Assembly (NCBI GenBank): GCA_040753335.1
Contig: JBFMEM010000001.1
Coordinates: 1 to 31,428, forward strand
Length of the DNA stretch: 31,428 nt
Source of the DNA: Candidatus Micrarchaeota archaeon
GTDB taxonomy: Archaea > Micrarchaeota > Micrarchaeia > Norongarragalinales > UBA8480
Reading direction: 5' to 3'
The position numbers were made by a program, and so were the translations under genes. Numbering within the stretch: the first letter of the stretch is position 1; the number at the start of each line of letters is the position of its first letter. The notes beneath the pieces were generated by a model that saw only the letters and a list, made by a program, of their open reading frames with translations, made no database searches and was not told where the DNA came from. Positions 1-6,938 of the stretch are shown here, piece after piece.

Positions 1-168
1 AGTGAAGTTCTCGAGAAAGCCAAAGTACTCCTCGGACTGCTGCTGCGTCTCGTTCGCGCCAGGCGCCAGCACGTAGGTCTTGATTACGGTAATGACTATT
101 ACCACAAAAAGCACTACTGCGCCAGCCAAGAGAATGTATTCAATCGCGCCCTGCGCCTTGTCGTCCAT
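1..168 (-). CDS. Class III signal peptide (archaeal pilin-like) protein; C-terminal part runs off the window
   Basis: Not in the ORF track. Translated by hand from ATG at 168: MDDKAQGAIEYILLAGAVVLFVVIVITVIKTYVLAPGANETQQQSEEYFGFLENFT..., open to base 1. K-A-Q-G-x-x-E-Y plus a hydrophobic helix is the prepilin motif. TTTAAA at 191-196 lies 22 nt upstream. Confidence 0.85.
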   Translation of the reverse strand, partial: MDDKAQGAIEYILLAGAVVLFVVIVITVIKTYVLAPGANETQQQSEEYFGFLENFT

Positions 169-202
169 GACCGAAGTAAAGGCGAAGCGGTTTAAATGCC
201 TT

Positions 203-337
203 AGGCCCGGGAAATCCTCCGGCTGATAGTTGTGGAAACATGGTTTTAACCCTCGGATGAAAGGGCCACGGTCCCGGCCAAAAGGCAAGCGTCTTCGTTG
301 AAGCAGGAAGCCAAGGGCTTTAGCCCTCGTGGTTCAC
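203..337 (+). mobile_element. IS200/IS605-family right end / TnpB omega-RNA-like scaffold with no tnpB or tnpA ORF
   Basis: Ends ...TTGAAGCAGGAAGCCAAGGGCTTTAGCCCTCGTGGTTCAC: subterminal hairpin (AGGGC-TTTA-GCCCT, extendable to 309-334), GAAG at 307-310 at its foot, terminal TCAC at 334-337. Upstream GTTGTGGAAA and GGCAAGCGTCTTCGTTGAAGCAGGAAGCC resemble archaeal tnpB 3' ends as I recall them. Left boundary is approximate. Confidence 0.65.
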
Positions 338-349
338 AAGAGTTTTGCC

Positions 350-2431
350 TCAGCCGGCGGAAGTCTGGGTGGGGTCGCCGTACAAAACAAGGGCCTCCAC
401 GTCCGAAAACGCCTGTTTCTCGCCCAGGGTTAACCCACGCCTGCTGTGCCGTTCGATGTCGCTTATTTCGCTTTGAAGAAAATCCTGTCGAAAGAAAGCA
501 TCCTCGATTGCGTCGTCCAGTTTCCTGCGGACGCAGCTCCGCGCGTCTCCTTGCCCCAATAATTCTTCCATCCAACATGCTCTGTAGTACGCGGGAACCA
601 GTGACGGAATCAGGTCCTCCCAGTTGTCCGCCTCCAAATAGGTTTTGTATTGCTCCAGCTGCACGACAGTTGAACCAAGCGCTGCACTGTCTGCCCTAAG
701 TTGCGCGATGGCCGCGTCAACCCTCGCTTGGCGCTGGGCATAGCCCGCGCGCTTGTATTCCCTGACGCGCTGGCCGAGCGTCTTGGACGTACTGGTGAAA
801 AACTGTTTTATCAAATCAAAATACGCCGGGCCAGCACCCCAACTGAGGCGGGTGTGTCCGACTACGGCTCTCGCCCCGGCTTCAGCGAAGTATATTACGA
901 GGGTAGGCCGCGCCTGCGTAACATCTATGGCGCCGCCGTAACAAGCGGTTGAGAAAACCGCGGGCGCACCTGTGAATGCAGTGTTCTCAAAATCCATGCT
1001 TTCGAGCACGACGTGGTAGCGCTCTTCCTGCCCGAACAGCGAGGCGAGCACGGGGTCTGGCTCGCTCGAGCTGCTTGCGCCAAAGCTCGCGCCGCTTCCA
1101 TGCAGTAAAAACACCAGCCCAAGCTTGTGCTTGAATTCTTCCATTGGCAGAGGAAGGCTGCACGCGCCTTCGACCACTTCGCTTCCTTGGCGGGCGTACT
1201 TGCAAAACGTCGGCGTCAGCCTGCAGTGCCCGGTTGCTTCCTCCTCGTCTTCGCAAGAGCGGCCGAAAAACGTTTGCGACACGTATTCAACATCCTCCCT
1301 GATAAAACAATCTGCAACGGCGCCGCAGGAATCGCCAACCACGCTCACTAACGTAAAATCGTCCGGAATTGGTTGCGCGCTCAGCCCGCTCATTATCATG
1401 CTCGTGATTGGCGGGGAATAGTCGAGATACGACGGAAGGCGGGCGACGATGACCTCTGGAATCTGGCCGTCCGCACGCATTGCGTACAAGTCGTCTGAAG
1501 GCACTTTGCCGTCGCGGCTTGCGAAGTACGCGCCGGGGGCTCCCTCGTCCGAATGGAAGGGCATTGGAATGACGTCAACGCCGCCTAGAAGGACTAGGTA
1601 AGAGGAGCGCGTTTTCTGCAGCACTTTCCTGATGGGCGCCACGAGGCGCTTTGCAGCGGTTTCGCTCTCCATTGAAGGTGCGGGGTTGTAGGGATAGGTG
1701 TAGCCGAATGACTCCTGCGCATCCAAAGTATCCAATTCTACGTAGGCGACTTTCTTGCCGCCAGCGCGCAAGTGTGTTATGTAAGACGCAATCGCGTCGG
1801 CTAGAATAACCTCCCTGCCGCCGATAGACGCCGTGGGCGCCGTGACGTCAATGCCGACGCCGAAGCCCAGGCCCCCGTCTTTCACGGTCACCAGCGTCAC
1901 GTCCGCAGCGCACGGAATTGAAAACGGGACGTGCAGGTAGTACCGGCGTTCGACGGCGTCGCCAGCCACCTTGAAGCCGACGCGCACAAAATAATCGCGG
2001 CCGCACGACTGGCACGCAAGGTACGGGAAGTTAGATCCTCTTGAAGGGTCGTAGTCAATATTGAAGTGGTTGTACTGCACGCTCAGCCTAAGCGCGCCTT
2101 GTTCGTTCGCGGGGCGCAGCGAAAAGCAGTCCGGGTCAAGGGGCAGATACGACGGCGCTTGCGCGGTGCCGTTGTTGTATTCAACGCGGTATTCGTTGGC
2201 CTGCGAAGGAAACAGCGCGACCACGCCTACCTTCGGTAAAACCAGCGCCTGCCCCTCGCGCGCAGTCGAGTCAAACGATAGGCCGGCTGCCGGCACGTAA
2301 GCGACGGTAACGTAGGGGTTGTCGCGGTAGTCTAGGAAGACGTCGGCCTCCTCGTAGCCGTAGTCGCTGTCTGCTGCATTAACTAAAGCAAGCAAGAAAC
2401 AACTGACAAAAACGGGGAAAAGAGCTTTCAC
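350..2431 (-). CDS. Secreted C25 (gingipain-like) cysteine peptidase
   Basis: N-terminal signal peptide; C25-like motifs YLVLLGGVDVIP, SDDLYA, PEVIVARLP, FLLHG (putative catalytic His), STACYGG (putative catalytic Cys), C-terminal LYGDP. GTG start 22 nt after TTTTAAA (2454-2460). Confidence 0.75.
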   Translation of the reverse strand: MKALFPVFVSCFLLALVNAADSDYGYEEADVFLDYRDNPYVTVAYVPAAGLSFDSTAREGQALVLPKVGVVALFPSQANEYRVEYNNGTAQAPSYLPLDPDCFSLRPANEQGALRLSVQYNHFNIDYDPSRGSNFPYLACQSCGRDYFVRVGFKVAGDAVERRYYLHVPFSIPCAADVTLVTVKDGGLGFGVGIDVTAPTASIGGREVILADAIASYITHLRAGGKKVAYVELDTLDAQESFGYTYPYNPAPSMESETAAKRLVAPIRKVLQKTRSSYLVLLGGVDVIPMPFHSDEGAPGAYFASRDGKVPSDDLYAMRADGQIPEVIVARLPSYLDYSPPITSMIMSGLSAQPIPDDFTLVSVVGDSCGAVADCFIREDVEYVSQTFFGRSCEDEEEATGHCRLTPTFCKYARQGSEVVEGACSLPLPMEEFKHKLGLVFLLHGSGASFGASSSSEPDPVLASLFGQEERYHVVLESMDFENTAFTGAPAVFSTACYGGAIDVTQARPTLVIYFAEAGARAVVGHTRLSWGAGPAYFDLIKQFFTSTSKTLGQRVREYKRAGYAQRQARVDAAIAQLRADSAALGSTVVQLEQYKTYLEADNWEDLIPSLVPAYYRACWMEELLGQGDARSCVRRKLDDAIEDAFFRQDFLQSEISDIERHSRRGLTLGEKQAFSDVEALVLYGDPTQTSAG

Positions 2432-2477
2432 AGAACAAGAATTGATTTAGAACTTTAAAAACAATTGGAAAAGAATG

Positions 2478-2486
2478 AAAAAAAAA
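2478..2486 (-). terminator. Oligo-T archaeal-type terminator candidate
   Basis: T9 run on the minus strand 7 nt after the stop of 2494..3432. Confidence 0.45.
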
Positions 2487-2493
2487 GTCGCAA

Positions 2494-3432
2494 TTATGCC
2501 GGCGTCACTGAAACGCAGCCAACTTGAACGTTGCCGGTTACGCCGTCTACTACTCCCCTGAAAAGCCAGTCTGGAGTAACCCGCCACTGACTGCCGCCTG
2601 CAACGACGATTGTGGAGCGTCCTTCTGTAAAAGTTAAAAAGACGGTTCCTTCGCCGCCGTGCAGTGAGAAGTCCGCCGTTCTAGGCCACACCCTCTCCAG
2701 TCTGAGCGAATGGCTCTCACCTAAAGCAAGCGCGTCTCCAGGCCGCAAAATCGAGCAAGTGCGCAACTCCAGAGCGTCTCCGCTCTCTCTAACTGAAACG
2801 CCTGCAAACACAACATGGCCTACCCCGCGGTCTATTCCGCTGAAAAGCCAGGTTGGGATAACGCGCCACCGGCGGCCGATTTCGCCAACGATTTCAGGCC
2901 GTCCTTCAGCAATGCGGTACAGCGCTATGGGCGAGGAACTTGCGTCAAGCAAGGAGAACAGCGCCTCCCGCGTATTAGCCTCCCCGACTACATGACCGGA
3001 TACTGCCTCCAGTCGAAGAGAGTAATTCGCGTCTAAAGCGAGCGTCTCTCCCGCACCCAAAGTCGGGTAACGCAGCAGCATAAGACCGCACCGGCCTCGT
3101 TCAACTGAAATAGTTGCGTACCCGCCCCACCACCAAAAAGTGGAAGCGTCCCTCAACGTAATGCCATAACAGGAAGAGCCTAAGCCGTTCGAGAGCCAAA
3201 GAGTATTGTTTTTGTTTAAGCGAAAGTGGAATGAACGCCCAGGCATGTCAACTCTAACCAGCGCGTCTCTGGTGAGGCTCGGTCCTACGTCAATAGGACT
3301 TACTGACTCGAGAGTCATCGCCCACGAACCAACAGGAATCGCGTTGCCCACGTACACCGTTCTTAATCCCGCTGACGCAGTGGACGCAAAAAGCATTACT
3401 GCCGCTAATACAAGCGAAATATGTTGGCGCAT
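2494..3432 (-). CDS. Secreted protein with about three internal repeats, S-layer-like beta domains
   Basis: Signal peptide; repeats LGAGETLALDANYSLRLEAV...WRVIPTWLFSG and LRPGDALALGESHSLRLERV...WRVTPDWLFRG, with a weaker first copy. Confidence 0.55.
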   Translation of the reverse strand: MRQHISLVLAAVMLFASTASAGLRTVYVGNAIPVGSWAMTLESVSPIDVGPSLTRDALVRVDMPGRSFHFRLNKNNTLWLSNGLGSSCYGITLRDASTFWWWGGYATISVERGRCGLMLLRYPTLGAGETLALDANYSLRLEAVSGHVVGEANTREALFSLLDASSSPIALYRIAEGRPEIVGEIGRRWRVIPTWLFSGIDRGVGHVVFAGVSVRESGDALELRTCSILRPGDALALGESHSLRLERVWPRTADFSLHGGEGTVFLTFTEGRSTIVVAGGSQWRVTPDWLFRGVVDGVTGNVQVGCVSVTPA

Positions 3433-3456
3433 GCTTCTTTTACTCCCAGCCTTTGA

Positions 3457-4776
3457 TTAAAAGCCTTCCGGCGCAGGCGCGCCGGCTGCGTCGCGAATGG
3501 ATTTGAGCTTGCGTTGGTACGCCTGCTTGCGGTAGAAGGAAGTGATTTCCTCTTCGTCAGCGCGCCAGCGCGCGGCCATCAGGGCGACGAGCAACGCGAT
3601 TGCCACGATGCCGAGAATTATCCACATGTTCTGCGACAACGCGGCTGCAAACAAGCCAGTCATTCCACTCTTACGGGGCTGGATTGCGGGCAGCTGCTTT
3701 TCGTAAATCTTGTTGCCGCCGGCAGTGAGCACGAGAATCGGCTTTTCAGCGCCTTCGTCGGTGTTCTGGCGCACGTAAAGCGTGAGTGCCTTGGTTTCGC
3801 CTGGGGCAACGTCAACCGGCATCGGGCTGAGGACGTCCCAGCCTGCCGGAATTCCGGCCACGGTTGCGGTAACGTCTGCCAGCGCCTGGCTTCCTGCGTT
3901 GGTCACCGTTGCAACCAAGCGCAGGAGCGAGCCGTTCGCGTCCTGTTGGGGAACGACGAGTGCAGCTGCGTGCGGCACCGGCGCCTGGGGCTGGACTACG
4001 TTGAAGTAAAAGTGTTTCTGCGCAATAACCTGCTTGTCGTGCAGCACCTGCAAGTACAAGTCGTACTGACCGAGAGCCAGGTCTTTCGAGTGGACGTCGA
4101 AGTAAAGCTCCTTGGCTTCACTGCGCTGCAGCGCCACCTGGTCTTGGGAAAGGAAGGGACGCAGTTCGGCGGCGTCGCCGACGAGCCGCAGCTCGAAAGA
4201 GCCGGCTGCGCCAGCGTTCTGGACGCCGAAGTGGACGCGCCTGAAGAGAGTCGGCTCCATTTTCAGGACTTCGGAACGGGAGGTTATTCTGACGGCGTAC
4301 TGCGAGGGGTCGAAGTAGGCGTGCCTGCCGTTGTAGATGTTGTCGTTCGAATAGCCGTGCTCGTAGGAAGCGCAGTAACGCGCGGGAGCGACTTGCACGC
4401 TTACCGTGCGCGAACCGGTTTCCTGGCCTCCGTTGTGGTTGGTCAAAACAACGGTTACTGGAACGCTGAATGTTCCCTCAAGGCAGGGAGAAGCGCTTAT
4501 TTCAAGCGTGACTGCCTTGGTTGCGCGGCCGGCGACCTCGCCAAAGGCGGGGTCGACGGTCACGTAAAGCGCGTCGCTTGCGTCCGCCTGGACGGCGTAA
4601 GCGCGGGCTTCGTTCGCCTGGTTTTCGAACCAGATTACCACGCGGGCTTCAGTAGTGTCCCGAATGGTCACGGAATCCGCTGAAGACTGCAGGGAAAGCG
4701 CTGAAGCGGCGCCTGCGAGCGCCAGCATCACCAGCGCGATTCCTCCTGCAAGCAAAGCAAAATTGATTTTGTTCAA
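3457..4776 (-). CDS. Membrane-anchored surface protein with Ig-like (CARDB/NEW3-type) domains
   Basis: Signal peptide, beta-rich repeats (VTNAGSQALADVTATVAGIPAGWDV), C-terminal TM helix (MWIILGIVAIALLVALMAA) then a basic tail; TTG start with AAGGTGG SD. Confidence 0.7.
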   Translation of the reverse strand: MNKINFALLAGGIALVMLALAGAASALSLQSSADSVTIRDTTEARVVIWFENQANEARAYAVQADASDALYVTVDPAFGEVAGRATKAVTLEISASPCLEGTFSVPVTVVLTNHNGGQETGSRTVSVQVAPARYCASYEHGYSNDNIYNGRHAYFDPSQYAVRITSRSEVLKMEPTLFRRVHFGVQNAGAAGSFELRLVGDAAELRPFLSQDQVALQRSEAKELYFDVHSKDLALGQYDLYLQVLHDKQVIAQKHFYFNVVQPQAPVPHAAALVVPQQDANGSLLRLVATVTNAGSQALADVTATVAGIPAGWDVLSPMPVDVAPGETKALTLYVRQNTDEGAEKPILVLTAGGNKIYEKQLPAIQPRKSGMTGLFAAALSQNMWIILGIVAIALLVALMAARWRADEEEITSFYRKQAYQRKLKSIRDAAGAPAPEGF

Positions 4777-4816
4777 GGTTCAAACCACCTTACGCCGCGG
4801 CCCACCCGCGACGCAT

Positions 4817-4881
4817 GTTACTATTTAGGAGTTACTACATTTAAATACTTTTGCATTTGTTACTATCCTACTGTAATTACA
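4817..4881. promoter_or_regulatory. Divergent promoter region with three GTTACTA direct repeats and a TGTAATTACA palindrome around a TTTAAAT box
   Basis: GTTACTA at 4817, 4831 and 4859; TTTAAAT at 4840-4846; TGTAATTACA at 4872-4881; lies between the surface-protein genes and the TrmB-family gene. Confidence 0.55.
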
Positions 4882-5005
4882 TTTATATAGGGGCGGCGGC
4901 ATATCTTCTACTGCCCTTCCGTACGGCAAAAAGAGTGATTTCTTGACAGACGCGCGCCAGAACGGCAACTTTAAAAATTCGGATTCAGTGAACTCTCCGA
5001 ACGCC

Positions 5006-5752
5006 ATGCCCCAGAACCCTGAACTTCTCAACAGCCTGCGGAGGCTGGGACTCAACCAGTACGAGGCCCGCGCCTACTACGCACTCCATGCAACTAACAC
5101 CAGCACCGCCGGCGAGCTCAGCGAAAAAGCCGAACTGCCGAGGCCAAGGGTCTACGACGTGCTCAGCAGCCTGCAGGACAAGGGATTCGTCGTGCTGCAG
5201 CCGGGAAGGCCCGTGCGCTACGCCGCGCTGCCGATTACGGAAGCGGTCCAGACGCTGTGCAAGCAGAGGCGCGAGACGGCTGCGCAGGAAATAACGGCGA
5301 TTGAAAGGATTGCGACGGACCTCGGCGCCAAGATGAAGGGCGCGCGCATGGCCGACAAGTTCAAGGCCGACGAAAACGTTTGGACGCTCAAGGGCCGCGA
5401 CGCCATTTACTCAAAACTCGGCTCGATGATTGCGGCCGCGCAGAAGCACGTAATACTCAGCTCAACTGCCCAAGGCCTGGCGCGCAAGATGAAGGCGCAC
5501 GGCTCCGAACTGGCTGCCGCAAAGGGCCGCGGCGTCGACGTGCGCGTGGTTTCACCCGCCGCCGCCCCCGAAGTAGCTAAAATCGCTTCGGTTCACAAGA
5601 GGGAACTGCCGACCCGCCTCGTCGTAGCCGACGACCAGGCGCTCGTTTTCCTGACCGACGAACGCGTCCACCCCGAGGAGGAAGTGGGCATTTGGGTGAA
5701 CAGCCCGCACTTGGCTTCCACGTTCAAGCAACTGATTCTAGAGAAAAAGTAA
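5006..5752 (+). CDS. TrmB-family transcriptional regulator
   Basis: LRRLGLNQYEARAYYAL...AGELSEKAELPRPRVYDVLSSLQDKGFV winged helix plus PLD-like C-terminal domain (LVVADDQALV). Start moved from TTG 4943 to ATG 5006, downstream of TTTAAA at 4970-4975. Confidence 0.9.
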   Translation: MPQNPELLNSLRRLGLNQYEARAYYALHATNTSTAGELSEKAELPRPRVYDVLSSLQDKGFVVLQPGRPVRYAALPITEAVQTLCKQRRETAAQEITAIERIATDLGAKMKGARMADKFKADENVWTLKGRDAIYSKLGSMIAAAQKHVILSSTAQGLARKMKAHGSELAAAKGRGVDVRVVSPAAAPEVAKIASVHKRELPTRLVVADDQALVFLTDERVHPEEEVGIWVNSPHLASTFKQLILEKK

Positions 5753-5815
5753 GCCCGCTTACAAAAACGCCACATTCACTTAGGCTTGCGCAGCACGAAG
5801 TGGTGTAAAGAAGCT

Positions 5816-6472
5816 TTACTCGCCGGCTGCTTCAGCGGTTTCCTCGACGGCGGCCGGCTTTTCCGCTCCAGCAACCGGGACCTCTTGTTTTTCTGCGACG
5901 TCGAAGACTTCCGTCAGCTCCGTCTTGTAGACTTCGACCCGGCGCAGGGGCGCGATTTTCCTCAACGCGCCATAGACTTCGGTGCTCGCTTTTCCGTACA
6001 GCACTTCCTGAATAAATTGGCCGAACGGCTCTCTGGCGATTTTCTTCTTGAGGAAATCGACGGCAGTGTTGCGCAACGCGGTTTTCTGGCGGCCGCTGCA
6101 GCCGTGCACCGTCACCGCCAATAGCTTGACCGTAAAGTCGACGCCGTCGCCGGAAGTCGCATCGAAAACCGCGTACAACGCGTCGCGGCGCGCGCGCACT
6201 AGCGTGTGCAGGTATTCCCTGGCTATCGAGTGGCCGATGAACTTCGTGAAAGCGGTTTTTCCCTTTATTTCCGTCACGCGCAGGCGCACTGAAGTGTGCA
6301 TGTGGCCTATGTCGCGCGTTATTTCCTTGAGGGGAATGTTTATGACGCGGTTCATCAGGTGCTCGTCGTCCACCGACGGCACTTCCGCGACCTTGGCTTC
6401 GTTGAATACCTTTGGCGCCATGACGGCGTACCAGCTTTTTGCCTTCCACGTGTCAACGACTTTCTTCGCCAT
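5816..6472 (-). CDS. rps3ae: 30S ribosomal protein S3Ae (eS1)
   Basis: KKVVDTWKAKSWYAVMAPKVF, KIAPLRRVEVYK; directly downstream of uS15. Confidence 0.93.
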   Translation of the reverse strand: MAKKVVDTWKAKSWYAVMAPKVFNEAKVAEVPSVDDEHLMNRVINIPLKEITRDIGHMHTSVRLRVTEIKGKTAFTKFIGHSIAREYLHTLVRARRDALYAVFDATSGDGVDFTVKLLAVTVHGCSGRQKTALRNTAVDFLKKKIAREPFGQFIQEVLYGKASTEVYGALRKIAPLRRVEVYKTELTEVFDVAEKQEVPVAGAEKPAAVEETAEAAGE

Positions 6473-6473
6473 T

Positions 6474-6926
6474 TTACTTCACCAACAGCGCCGCTTCCTC
6501 GGGCACGTAAGCCCAGTTGGCGGGCAGCTTCTTGCCGCGGTAATAGCGCACGAGCCTGCGTATCTTGCTCTCGACGTGAGATAGCTTCGTGCGGTTGTTT
6601 TGGTCGCGCGGGTTTGCCTTCAAGTGCTTCCTCACCGCAATGGCCTTGCGCACCAGGTCAATCAAGTCAGCGGGGTACTTTGGGGCGGCTTTTCTCTCCG
6701 CGAGAATTTGGGAAACGCTTTTTCCCGTGGCTGCCTTGGCCGAGGGAATGCCGTGCTGGTCGCGCAGAATCATTCCTATCGCGGCCTCGCCCTTTCCTTC
6801 CTTCGCGAGCTTTTCAACCAAGGCGTAAACCTCTTCCTTCGACTGCTGCACCCACGCGGGCGCGGTTTTTGACGCCGGCTTGCGCGAAGCGCTGCGGCCC
6901 CTTTTTCGCGAATGCATTCTCGCCAT
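6474..6926 (-). CDS. rps15: 30S ribosomal protein S15 (uS15, S13e type)
   Basis: MARMHSRKRGRSAS, GMILRDQHGIP, HLKANPRD, ESKIRRLVRYY. Confidence 0.96.
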   Translation of the reverse strand: MARMHSRKRGRSASRKPASKTAPAWVQQSKEEVYALVEKLAKEGKGEAAIGMILRDQHGIPSAKAATGKSVSQILAERKAAPKYPADLIDLVRKAIAVRKHLKANPRDQNNRTKLSHVESKIRRLVRYYRGKKLPANWAYVPEEAALLVK

Positions 6927-6938
6927 TAAAACAACCTC

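Noticed and set aside
205-340. RNase P RNA, SRP RNA or 5S rRNA interpretation of this structured intergenic region
   Set aside because: It lacks the GAGGAAAGUCC/P4, SRP helix 8 and 5S signatures; the hairpin plus TCAC end fits IS200/IS605 better.
3514-4683. 389-aa plus-strand ORF
   Set aside because: Antisense shadow of the surface protein; no motifs.
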